NCBI GenBank assembly: GCA_035761805.1
Contig: DASTQL010000064.1
Location: 1-24,000 of the forward strand
DNA length: 24,000 bases
Direction: 5' to 3'
Source of the DNA: Jiangellales bacterium
GTDB lineage: Bacteria > Actinomycetota > Actinomycetes > Jiangellales > Jiangellaceae
The notes beneath the pieces were generated by a model that saw only the letters and a program-made list of their open reading frames with translations, was not told the origin of the DNA and made no database searches. Both the position numbers and the translations under genes were made by a program. This document shows, piece after piece, positions 10,400-18,837 of this stretch; within the stretch, counting starts at the first letter, position 1, and the number at the start of each line of letters is the position of its first letter.

Positions 10400-10419
10400 G
10401 TGCGAACACCTGTTCGCAC
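10400..10419. promoter_or_regulatory. LexA (SOS) box, perfect 20-bp palindrome GTGCGAACACCTGTTCGCAC
   Basis: Read directly. It contains CGAAC-N4-GTTCG, the Gram-positive/actinobacterial LexA operator core. It lies 23 bp upstream of the ruvC GTG. A TANNNT-type hexamer (TAACGT on the minus strand, 10427-10432) sits just upstream of it. Confidence 0.8.
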
Positions 10420-10471
10420 CTGCTCGACGTTACCCGCTCCGCGGGTCAGGGCCGGCGCGACGCGCCCGGGG

Positions 10472-10696
10472 TCACGGCTCCCTGTCGAGCAGATCCCGCT
10501 CGGAGATGTAGTCCTCGCCGTGCTCCTCCGGCGGCAGCATGGCCTCGCCCGGTGCTCCGCGGTGTTCGGCACCAGCGACGCCACCGTGCCCGGCGCCGGT
10601 GGCCGGTCCCGGGCGCCGCTCGCTGCCGCGCTTCTGGCCGGTCTGGCGCTGCTGGCCCCGGTGCGCCCCCGGCGCGTTCGTCCGTCGCTCGCTCAT
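10472..10696 (-). CDS. Small hypothetical protein (74 aa, Arg/Gly/Gln-rich N-terminus, acidic C-terminus), no family recognised
   Basis: ATG at 10696 preceded by GAGGA about 10 nt upstream. By hand count about 65 of 74 codons end in G/C, matching the neighbouring genes. It starts 37 bp downstream of the transporter stop on the same strand. Sequence: [74 protein letters not shown]. Confidence 0.5.
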   Translation of the reverse strand: MSERRTNAPGAHRGQQRQTGQKRGSERRPGPATGAGHGGVAGAEHRGAPGEAMLPPEEHGEDYISERDLLDREP

Positions 10697-10733
10697 CCCA
10701 CCATCATCCTCGGCCCGTCTCGGTTCTGCGCCC

Positions 10734-12266
10734 TCAGGCGAACTCGCCGCCGACGAGGGCGCCGAGCGTGAGGAACCCGCACGTGATGAGGAAGAGGATG
10801 CCGAGGAGGGGCAGCACGAACCGGACGTACTTGTCGTAGCCCACCCTGGCCAGCGCCAGGCCACCCATCACCACGGCGGACGTGGGGGTCACGAGGTTCA
10901 CGATCCCGGAGGCGGACTGGTAGGCGGTCACAACCAGCGAGCGGCTGACCCCGGCGAAGTCCCCGAGCGGGGCAAGGATCGGCATCGCCAGGGTCGCGTG
11001 TCCCGAGGAGGACGGGACCAGGAACGCCAGCGGGATGTTGACGATGTACATCAGCACCGCGAACACCGCCGACGACGTGTTGGAGACCGCGGTCTCCAGG
11101 GAGTTGAGGATCGTGTCGGTGATGTCGGCGTTGTTCATGATGACCGTCACGCCGCGGGCGATGGCGATGATGAGGGCGGCACCGATGAAGTCGCCTGCTC
11201 CCTGGACGAGGCCGTCGCTGATGCCCTTCTCCCCCAGCCCGCCGATCAGCCCGATCAGGATGGCGGCGGCGAGGAACAGGGCGGCCAGCTCGGGGAAGTA
11301 CCAGTCCAGCTGCCAGGCGTACGGGTCGGCGCCGCTCCCCTGGATGACACTCGCCCACGGGATCACCGAGAACACCATGAGGGCGAACGTCAGCCCGAAC
11401 ACCCAGATCACGGCGCGCTGCTTCGCGGACATGGTCGGGACCTCGCCGACCGACCTGCCGACCATCTCGCGGTCTCCCGGCAGGTAGCCCACGAGGGAAC
11501 GCTCCGGGACCTTGTGCACCCTGCGGGCGTAGCGCGTGACGAAGACGACGGCCACGGCGGTCAGCCCGACCCACATCAGCAGGCGGAGCGGGAACCCGTC
11601 GCCGACGGAGATCTCCGCAGCGTCCGAGGCCACGCCCGTCGCGAACGGGTTGACCGTGGACGCGAGGGTCCCCACGCCGGCACCGATCATGATCGTCGCG
11701 GCTGCGGTGAGCCGGTCGTAGCCCAGGCTCAGCATCAGGGGGACGACGAGGCCGTAGAAGCCGAGCGTCTCCTCCGCCATGCCGTACGTCGTCCCGCCGA
11801 GCGAGAAGACGACCATCAGCACGACGATGAGGAGGAGGCTCCGGTCGCGGAGGCGGTGCGACAGGCGGGCGATGCCCACGTCCAGCGCGCCGGTGCGGAT
11901 CGTCATGGTGATGAACGCCCCGATGGCGAGGACGAAGAAGAACACGGCGACGGCACCGAAGATCTCGCCCGCCTCGTAGGGCCCGATGAAGCCGGTCTCG
12001 CCGCTCTCCACGCCGTACAGACCGTTCACCGGGGCCAGGAAGAGCTCGTAGAGGCGATCCGCGCGAGAGAGCTCGGAGTCGACCTGCTCGTAGCTGCCCG
12101 GGACCGGGCGCCCGTCCTCGCCGACCAGGTAGCGGCCGGCGGGGATCACGAAGGCCAGCAGCCACACCACGATCGTGACGAAGAAGAGGATCGTGAAGGC
12201 GCTCGGGAACCGGAAGCCCTTCCGTTCCTCCTCGGTGGTCACCGGCTGATCGGTCTCGGTGGACAT
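10734..12266 (-). CDS. YfcC/ArcD-family membrane transporter (TC 2.A.118-type, putative arginine/ornithine antiporter)
   Basis: 510 aa, polytopic. N-terminus KGFRFPSAFTILFFVTIVVWLLAFVIPAGRY and C-terminal block SSSGHATLAMPILAPLGDFAGVSRSLVVTAYQSASGIVNLVTPTS are characteristic of the YfcC family. ATG at 12266 preceded by GGAGGAGGG. Divergent from arcABC. Confidence 0.85.
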   Translation of the reverse strand: MSTETDQPVTTEEERKGFRFPSAFTILFFVTIVVWLLAFVIPAGRYLVGEDGRPVPGSYEQVDSELSRADRLYELFLAPVNGLYGVESGETGFIGPYEAGEIFGAVAVFFFVLAIGAFITMTIRTGALDVGIARLSHRLRDRSLLLIVVLMVVFSLGGTTYGMAEETLGFYGLVVPLMLSLGYDRLTAAATIMIGAGVGTLASTVNPFATGVASDAAEISVGDGFPLRLLMWVGLTAVAVVFVTRYARRVHKVPERSLVGYLPGDREMVGRSVGEVPTMSAKQRAVIWVFGLTFALMVFSVIPWASVIQGSGADPYAWQLDWYFPELAALFLAAAILIGLIGGLGEKGISDGLVQGAGDFIGAALIIAIARGVTVIMNNADITDTILNSLETAVSNTSSAVFAVLMYIVNIPLAFLVPSSSGHATLAMPILAPLGDFAGVSRSLVVTAYQSASGIVNLVTPTSAVVMGGLALARVGYDKYVRFVLPLLGILFLITCGFLTLGALVGGEFA

Positions 12267-12362
12267 CGCGGACCCTCCTCCGACGCGCGGCGGCCCGCGG
12301 CGCTGCAGGCCGACTCCGTTGTCCCACGGCTCGTGACGTCCCGCCAGGGTCCGCCGTCCGAC

Positions 12363-12402
12363 GTCCGGAATGTCGGGGACTAGGTCCCGGACCTACCGGG
12401 AC
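12363..12402. promoter_or_regulatory. Cluster of overlapping inverted repeats built on GTCC(C)GG / CC(G)GGAC in the divergent transporter-arcA promoter region
   Basis: Read directly. GGGAC-TAG-GTCCC at 12376-12388. GTCCCGG-ACCTA-CCGGGAC at 12384-12402. GTCCGG (12363-12368) pairs with CCGGAC (12387-12392). The middle arm is shared between dyads. The function, whether operator or RNA structure, is inferred. Confidence 0.4.
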
Positions 12403-12408
12403 TTCCGT

Positions 12409-12446
12409 CTCGTGACCACACGGTCGACCGTTGGTGGGCTCACGAG
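12409..12446. promoter_or_regulatory. Inverted repeat CTCGTGA...TCACGAG enclosing the 10-bp palindrome CGGTCGACCG, upstream of arcA
   Basis: Read directly. Arms at 12409-12415 and 12440-12446. Perfect palindrome at 12421-12430. It lies 82-119 nt upstream of the arcA ATG. No function is established. Confidence 0.3.
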
Positions 12447-12527
12447 GGGATGGCGCACTCACCGGCGGTGGGGCAGGCTGCGTTCGAGGGCGCGGGGACG
12501 CGCGCCGTGCCAGGAGGGAGAGCAGCC

Positions 12528-13760
12528 ATGACCAGGTTCCACGTGGACTCGGAGGTGGGGCGGCTGCACCAGGTGATCCTCCACCGCCCGGGACTCGAGC
12601 TGGCCCGGCTCACCCCGAGCAACATGGACGACCTGCTCTTCGACGACGTCCTGTGGCCCAAGGCCGCCCGCAGCGAGCACGACGCCTTCGCGGACAGCCT
12701 GACCGAGCGGGGCGTCAAGGTCTTCCTCTTCCACGAGCTCCTCCAGGAGACCCTCGAGGTCAAGGAGGCCCGGGAGTTCATCGCCGAGCGGGTGGTCAAC
12801 CGCTACACGACCGGCAGCACGCTGGTGAAGCCGCTCCGGGACTTCTTCATGGAGGTCGACTCCGAGAACCTCGCGCAGTTCATGATCGGCGGCATCGTGC
12901 CCAGCGACCTCCCCCGCGACCTGCCGAGGAGCCTGCGGCAGGTGTCGCTCACCGAGGAGGACTTCGTCCTCCCGCCGCTGCCCAACCACCTCTTCACGCG
13001 GGACACGTCGTGCTGGGTGTACGACGGCGTGTCGATCAACCCGATGGCCAAGCCGGCCCGGCAGCGCGAGACGGTCCACTACCACGCCATCTACCGGTGG
13101 CACCCGATGTTCGCCCACGGTGACTTCAACGTCTGGTACGGCGACGACCCCGACGTCCACCGCGAGCCCGCCACCGTCGAGGGGGGCGACGTGCTCGTCA
13201 TCGGCAGGGGCACCCTGCTCGTCGGGATGAGCGAGCGCACGACGGCCATGGGCATCGAGAACCTCGGCCACACGCTCCTCAACGGCGGGGGCGCCGAACG
13301 GATCATCGTGCTCGAGCTTCCCAAGCGCCGGGCGTTCATGCACCTGGACACGGTCATGACGATGGTCGACCGCGACAAGTTCACGGTCTACCCCTTCCTG
13401 TCCCAGGACCTGCGGGTCTTCGTGGTGGAGCAGACCGACGACGACCCGGAGACCCTCGAGGTGCGTGAGGTCGACAGCCTGTTCGACACCATCGCCGAGT
13501 CCATCGGCGTGGACAGGATCGAGGTCCTCACTCCCGACACCGACATCCGCCAGGCCGAGCGGGAGCAGTGGGACGACGGCAGCAACGTCCTCGCCCTGGA
13601 GCCCGGCGTCGTCTTCGCCTACGAGCGCAACGTCGTGACCAACACGATGTTGCGCAAGCACGGGGTCGAGGTCATCACGCTCCGGGGCAACGAGCTCGGC
13701 CGCGGGCGCGGGGGGCCTCGTTGCATGAGCTGCCCCGTCGTCCGCGACCCCGTCGACTGA
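12528..13760 (+). CDS. arcA: Arginine deiminase
   Basis: ATG at 12528 with AGGAGGGAG 7 nt upstream. The track start at 12450 has no usable spacing to a Shine-Dalgarno sequence. 410 aa. Motifs [52 protein letters not shown], and the catalytic-Cys motif [13 protein letters not shown]. Confidence 0.95.
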   Translation: MTRFHVDSEVGRLHQVILHRPGLELARLTPSNMDDLLFDDVLWPKAARSEHDAFADSLTERGVKVFLFHELLQETLEVKEAREFIAERVVNRYTTGSTLVKPLRDFFMEVDSENLAQFMIGGIVPSDLPRDLPRSLRQVSLTEEDFVLPPLPNHLFTRDTSCWVYDGVSINPMAKPARQRETVHYHAIYRWHPMFAHGDFNVWYGDDPDVHREPATVEGGDVLVIGRGTLLVGMSERTTAMGIENLGHTLLNGGGAERIIVLELPKRRAFMHLDTVMTMVDRDKFTVYPFLSQDLRVFVVEQTDDDPETLEVREVDSLFDTIAESIGVDRIEVLTPDTDIRQAEREQWDDGSNVLALEPGVVFAYERNVVTNTMLRKHGVEVITLRGNELGRGRGGPRCMSCPVVRDPVD

Positions 13761-13770
13761 GGAGGCCTCC

Positions 13771-14775
13771 TTGCCCGTCAACCTCCGGCACCGCAACTTC
13801 CTCAAGGAGCTGGACTTCACCCCGCAGGAGTGGAAGTTCCTCCTCGGTCTGTCGGCCGACCTCAAGGCGGCGAAGTACGCCGGCACGGAGCGGCAACGCC
13901 TGCGCGGCAAGAACGTCGCGCTCATCTTCGAGAAGACCTCGACGCGCACCCGGTGCGCCTTCGAGGTCGCCGCCTACGACCAGGGGGCCGGTGTGACCTA
14001 CCTGGACCCGAGCGGCTCCCAGATCGGGCACAAGGAGTCCATGGCGGACACCGCCCGCGTGCTCGGGCGTTACTACGACGGAATCGAGTACCGCGGATCG
14101 GCCCAGTCCAACGTCGAGACCCTCGGCGATCACGCGGGTGTGCCGGTGTGGAACGGCCTCACCGACGAGTGGCACCCCACGCAGATGCTCTGCGACATGC
14201 TCACCATGCGGGAGCACTCCCCCAAGCACGACGAGGAGATCGCCTTCGCCTACTGCGGCGACACCCGCAACAACATGGGCAACTCCCTGCTGGTCACCGG
14301 GGCGATGATGGGCATGGACGTACGCATGGTCGCCCCGCAGGCGCTGTGGAACGAGGACGAGGTCATCCACGCGGCGAAGGAGATCGCCGGCCGCACGGGT
14401 GCCCGCATCACCCACACCGAGGACGTCGAGGAGGGCGTCCGTGGCGTCGACTACCTCTACACCGACGTCTGGGTGTCGATGGGCGAGCCCAAGGAGGTGT
14501 GGGACGAGCGGGTGCGGCTGCTCAGGCCGTACCAGGTGAACATGGTCATGGTGCGTGCGACGGGCAACCCCGGTGTCAGGTTCATGCACTGCCTGCCCGC
14601 CTTCCACGACGACAAGACGGTGGTGGGCAAGGACATCGCCGAGAAGACCGGCATGGACGACGGTCTCGAGGTCAGCCACGAGGTGTTCGAGTCGCCGCAC
14701 TCGATCGTCTTCGACCAGGCGGAGAACCGCATGCACACCATCAAGGCGGTCATGGTCGCCACCCTGGGGGACTGA
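13771..14775 (+). CDS. arcB: Ornithine carbamoyltransferase (catabolic by operon context)
   Basis: TTG start at 13771 preceded by GAGGAGG. 334 aa. Motifs [17 protein letters not shown], and HCLPAFH. Located between arcA and arcC. The sequence alone cannot separate a catabolic from an anabolic (argF) role. Confidence 0.92.
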   Translation: MPVNLRHRNFLKELDFTPQEWKFLLGLSADLKAAKYAGTERQRLRGKNVALIFEKTSTRTRCAFEVAAYDQGAGVTYLDPSGSQIGHKESMADTARVLGRYYDGIEYRGSAQSNVETLGDHAGVPVWNGLTDEWHPTQMLCDMLTMREHSPKHDEEIAFAYCGDTRNNMGNSLLVTGAMMGMDVRMVAPQALWNEDEVIHAAKEIAGRTGARITHTEDVEEGVRGVDYLYTDVWVSMGEPKEVWDERVRLLRPYQVNMVMVRATGNPGVRFMHCLPAFHDDKTVVGKDIAEKTGMDDGLEVSHEVFESPHSIVFDQAENRMHTIKAVMVATLGD

Positions 14776-14778
14776 CCG

Positions 14779-15726
14779 GTGCGCATCGTCGCCGCCCTTG
14801 GCGGCAACGCGCTGCTGGCCCGGGGGCAGAAGCCTGACGCCGACGTCCAGGAGGCCAACGTCGCCCGGGCGGTCGCGGCCCTGGTCCCCCTGGCGGGGGA
14901 GCACGAGGTCGTCCTGACGCACGGCAACGGGCCGCAGGTCGGCGTGCTCGCGATGCAGAGCGCCTCGGACCCCAACCTCACGACGCCGTACCCCTTCGAC
15001 GTCCTCGGTGCGCAGACCCAGGGGATGATCGGCTACTGGCTGCTGCAGGCGCTGCAGAACTCCATGCCCGGTCGTCAGGTCGCGGCCATCATCAACCAGA
15101 CGCTCGTGCTGGCCGCCGACCCCGCGTTCGACGACCCCACCAAGTTCGTGGGCGAGGTGATGGACGAGGCGGAGGCTCACCGGATCGCCGCCGAGCGGGG
15201 CTGGACGGTCCGGCAGGACGGGGACCACTGGCGGCGGGTCGTGGGCTCGCCGCACCCCCAGCGCGTGGTCGAGACCAGGCTGATCCGCCTGCTGCTCTCC
15301 AGCGGTGCGGTCGTCGTGTGCGCGGGCGGTGGCGGGGTGCCGGTGATCCGCAACGAGCAGGGGCACCTCCAGGGCGTGGAGGCCGTCGTCGACAAGGACC
15401 TCACGGCTGCCGTCCTGGCCGAGGCCCTGGAGGCCGACGCCCTGCTGATCCTCACCGACACCCCGTACGTGATGCGCGACTTCGGCACGCCCGAGCAGGC
15501 ACCCATCACCCGGGCCACGCCGGCGGCGATGCGTCGCCTGGAGTTCCCCGCGGGGTCGATGGGACCGAAGGTCGAGGCAGTGTGCCGGTTCGTGGAGCTG
15601 ACCGGCGACATGGCGGCGATCGGCCGGCTGGACGAAGCCCCCGCGATCCTCGCCGGCACCGCCGGCACGATCATCACCCCCGGGGGCGACTACGGCGGCC
15701 CCAACGACCTCCGCCCGTTGGTGTGA
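14779..15726 (+). CDS. arcC: Carbamate kinase
   Basis: GTG at 14779, 3 nt after the arcB stop. 315 aa. Motifs RIVAALGGNALL, THGNGPQVG and VVCAGGGGVPV. Confidence 0.92.
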   Translation: MRIVAALGGNALLARGQKPDADVQEANVARAVAALVPLAGEHEVVLTHGNGPQVGVLAMQSASDPNLTTPYPFDVLGAQTQGMIGYWLLQALQNSMPGRQVAAIINQTLVLAADPAFDDPTKFVGEVMDEAEAHRIAAERGWTVRQDGDHWRRVVGSPHPQRVVETRLIRLLLSSGAVVVCAGGGGVPVIRNEQGHLQGVEAVVDKDLTAAVLAEALEADALLILTDTPYVMRDFGTPEQAPITRATPAAMRRLEFPAGSMGPKVEAVCRFVELTGDMAAIGRLDEAPAILAGTAGTIITPGGDYGGPNDLRPLV

Positions 15727-15763
15727 CCCGGGCCCCGATTGACCACGTTCACCACCCTCGCGG

Positions 15764-15817
15764 GGCCATCACGAGGCGTCCGCACCTGGTGATGGCACCA
15801 GCACCCTCGTGATGGCC
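15764..15817. terminator. Compound hairpin between convergent arcC and yebC (candidate bidirectional terminator)
   Basis: Read directly. Perfect 13-bp inverted repeat GGCCATCACGAGG (15764-15776) / CCTCGTGATGGCC (15805-15817). It encloses an inner hairpin CTGGTG-ATGG-CACCAG (15786-15801). There is no U-tract on either side, so intrinsic-terminator function is inferred from position only. Confidence 0.5.
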
Positions 15818-15837
15818 AGGAGCGATTCGCCAGAGCG

Positions 15838-16599
<762 letters not shown>

Positions 16600-16632
16600 C
16601 CGAGATCTCTCCTTGTCGCCCTGGTGTGGGGT

Positions 16633-17244
16633 CTACCCGACGGCTCGCACCAGCTCGACGAAGAGCCGGTGCACCCGGGTGTCGCCGGTCAGCTCCGGGT
16701 GGAACGAGGTGGCCAGCAGGCCGCCCTGCCGCACCGCGACGATCCTATCGGCGGCCGGGCCGGTGGCGACCCGCGCGAGCACCTCCACGTCGGCGCCGAC
16801 CTTCTCGACCCACGGGGCACGGATGAAGACCGCTCGCAGGGCCGGCCCCGCGCCCAGCACCGGGAAGTCGAGGTCGGCCTCGAAGGAGTCGACCTGCCGC
16901 CCGAACGCGTTGCGCCGCACCACCACGTCCAGACCACCGACCGTCTCCTGCCCCGCCACCCCGCCCTCGAGGTTGTCCGCCAGCATGATCATCCCTGCGC
17001 ACGAGCCGTACGCCGGCAGGCCGGCCCGGACCGCGCACCGCAGCGGCTCCAGCAGGTCGTTGGCCACGGCGAGACGCCACATGGTCGTGGACTCCCCGCC
17101 CGGCAGGACCAGACCGTCGACGCCGGCGAGCTCCCGAGCGGTGCGCACCGCACGGGTGCGGGCACCGACCGCTTCGAGGGCGCGCCGGTGCTCGCGTACG
17201 TCGCCCTGCAGGGCGAGGACGCCGACGAGAGGAGGCGAGGTCAC
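16633..17244 (-). CDS. pdxT: Pyridoxal 5'-phosphate synthase glutaminase subunit PdxT
   Basis: The track ORF 16633..17502 is over-extended. GTG at 17244 gives [19 protein letters not shown]. Motifs [11 protein letters not shown], catalytic GSCAGMIML, and TSFHPELT. 203 aa. The exact start is uncertain by a few codons. Confidence 0.88.
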   Translation of the reverse strand: MTSPPLVGVLALQGDVREHRRALEAVGARTRAVRTARELAGVDGLVLPGGESTTMWRLAVANDLLEPLRCAVRAGLPAYGSCAGMIMLADNLEGGVAGQETVGGLDVVVRRNAFGRQVDSFEADLDFPVLGAGPALRAVFIRAPWVEKVGADVEVLARVATGPAADRIVAVRQGGLLATSFHPELTGDTRVHRLFVELVRAVG

Positions 17245-17299
17245 CGCTCCAGGGTACGGGCCGGCCGCGCGCGGGCCACGGCCGTGACCCTCCGCCGCC

Positions 17300-18292
17300 T
17301 CACCAGCCGCGCTCGGCCAGCCGGTGCGGTGCGGGCAGCTCTTCGACGTTGATGCCCACCATGGCCGCACCGAGGCCGCGGGACACCTTGGCGAGGACGT
17401 CCGGGTTGTCGAAGTGCATGGTCGCCTGGACGATGGCGGCCGCCCGGCGGGCGGGGTCGCCGGACTTGAAGATGCCCGAGCCGACGAAGACGCCGTCGGC
17501 ACCCAGCTGCATCATCATCGCGGCATCGGCCGGCGTCGCGATCCCACCGGCGGTGAAGAGGACGACGGGCAGCGAGCCACGCTCGGCCACCTCGCGGACC
17601 AGCTCGTAGGGGGCCTGCAGCTCCTTGGCGGCCACGTAGAGCTCGTCCGGGCTCATCGACGAGAGCCGGCGCAGCTCCGCGCGGATCGTCCGCATGTGCG
17701 TGACCGCGTTGGACACGTCGCCCGTGCCCGCCTCGCCCTTCGACCGGATCATCGCCGCCCCCTCGGCGAGGCGGCGCAGGGCCTCCCCGAGGTTGGTGGC
17801 CCCGCACACGAAGGGGACGGTGAACTGCCACTTGTCGATGTGGTGGGAGTAGTCGGCGGGGCTGAGCACCTCCGACTCGTCGACGTAGTCGACCCCCAGC
17901 GCCTGGAGGACCTGCGCCTCGACGAAGTGCCCGATCCGCGCCTTGGCCATCACGGGGACGGAGACGGCCTCGATGATCCGCTCGATCATGTCCGGGTCGG
18001 ACATCCGGGACACGCCGCCCTGGGCACGGATGTCTGCGGGGACGCGCTCGAGCGCCATCACGGCGACGGCCCCGGCGTCCTCGGCGATCCGTGCCTGCTC
18101 AGGCGTGACCACGTCCATGATCACACCACCCTTGAGCATCTCCGCCATGCCGCGCTTGACCCGGGCCGTGCCTGTCGTGGCTCCCCCCTCCGGGGGCCTG
18201 GTGGTGGAGGTGGTCGGGTTGTCGGGCACGGAGGACCTCACGAGCATCGCTGACGGCGTGGACTCCTCCATGGTAGGCGTGCGTGAGGTCAC
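17300..18292 (-). CDS. pdxS: Pyridoxal 5'-phosphate synthase lyase subunit PdxS
   Basis: Motifs [40 protein letters not shown] and [32 protein letters not shown]. The GTG at 18292 overlaps the upstream gene's stop (GTGA). In-frame ATGs at 18271 and 18247 are alternative starts and would give a more typical length. Confidence 0.9.
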   Translation of the reverse strand: MTSRTPTMEESTPSAMLVRSSVPDNPTTSTTRPPEGGATTGTARVKRGMAEMLKGGVIMDVVTPEQARIAEDAGAVAVMALERVPADIRAQGGVSRMSDPDMIERIIEAVSVPVMAKARIGHFVEAQVLQALGVDYVDESEVLSPADYSHHIDKWQFTVPFVCGATNLGEALRRLAEGAAMIRSKGEAGTGDVSNAVTHMRTIRAELRRLSSMSPDELYVAAKELQAPYELVREVAERGSLPVVLFTAGGIATPADAAMMMQLGADGVFVGSGIFKSGDPARRAAAIVQATMHFDNPDVLAKVSRGLGAAMVGINVEELPAPHRLAERGW

Positions 18293-18828
18293 CGGAGCCC
18301 TGGCGGCGGCGAGTCGTCCAACTCGACGGTCTCGGGCCAGCCGGCCCGGCCCGCCAGGCCCAGCCGCCGCACGACGACCTTGCGCCGGAGCCGCCGGGTG
18401 GTCCGTACGGCGTCGTTGTGGAACCGCCGCGCGTGCTCCACCCTCCGGCAGGCAGCGGCCAGCTCGTCCAGCAACGGCCCCGCGCCAGGCCGGTCCCGCA
18501 GCCGCCGGACGTGGTCGGGGTCACCCAGCGCCAGGCCCAGTGCGGCGGTGAGGTCGCTCTCGGCCTGCTCCCGGCCGTCTTCGTCGACCGCCCGGGCGTG
18601 GTGGGCCGCGTCGGCCACGACCAGCGAGCTCGCCGGGTCGAGCAGGCCACTGGTCGCGAGCTCGAGGGCCGCCCCCGAGCGCCGGAGCAGCTGTGCGTCG
18701 AGCACGGCACGCGCGGCCTCTACGCGGTTGTGCATGCGGTCGACCCGGCTGGCGGTCCAGGTGAGGTACACGGTCGCGAGGACCGCCACCAGGACCGCGA
18801 CGAGCAACCACTCCACGAACGGCGGCAC
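18289..18828 (-). CDS. Membrane-anchored hypothetical protein, weakly LemA-like
   Basis: GTG at 18828 preceded by GAGGAG, 9 nt after the pimA stop. 179 aa. N-terminal TM segment [37 protein letters not shown] and [15 protein letters not shown] loosely resemble the two conserved LemA blocks. This assignment is from memory of the family and not from a search. Confidence 0.6.
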   Translation of the reverse strand: MPPFVEWLLVAVLVAVLATVYLTWTASRVDRMHNRVEAARAVLDAQLLRRSGAALELATSGLLDPASSLVVADAAHHARAVDEDGREQAESDLTAALGLALGDPDHVRRLRDRPGAGPLLDELAAACRRVEHARRFHNDAVRTTRRLRRKVVVRRLGLAGRAGWPETVELDDSPPPGLR

Positions 18829-18837
18829 TCCCGCTCC

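Noticed and set aside
10539-12383. 614-aa plus-strand ORF antisense to the YfcC-family transporter
   Set aside because: This is a shadow ORF with no motifs. The opposite strand encodes a clear polytopic transporter with family-specific blocks.
12450-12527. Upstream in-frame ATG at 12450 as the arcA start
   Set aside because: GAGGGG abuts this ATG with no spacer. The ATG at 12528 has AGGAGGGAG at 7 nt and gives the conserved arginine deiminase N-terminus.
12267-12527. Search for an ARG box (ArgR) or a TGTGA-N6-TCACA Crp/Fnr-ArcR box in the ADI promoter
   Set aside because: I found no match by eye. The closest strings (GTGACCACACGGTC) have the wrong spacing or half-sites.
13675-15366. 563-aa minus-strand ORF antisense to arcB and arcC
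   Set aside because: This is a shadow ORF. The arcB and arcC frames carry diagnostic catalytic motifs.
12330-15812. Heptamer CTCGTGA/TCACGAG shared by the inverted repeats upstream of arcA and downstream of arcC, considered as a possible module-specific motif
   Set aside because: The same heptamer also occurs inside coding regions, for example at 1612-1618 and 1765-1771. Enrichment cannot be claimed without a genome-wide count.
10420-15837. Mobile-element hallmarks around the ADI module (direct repeats, att-like sites, integrase, tRNA)
   Set aside because: None were found. The only shared string at the two edges is a trivial CCCGGG-type GC run. The insertion hypothesis therefore rests on synteny only.
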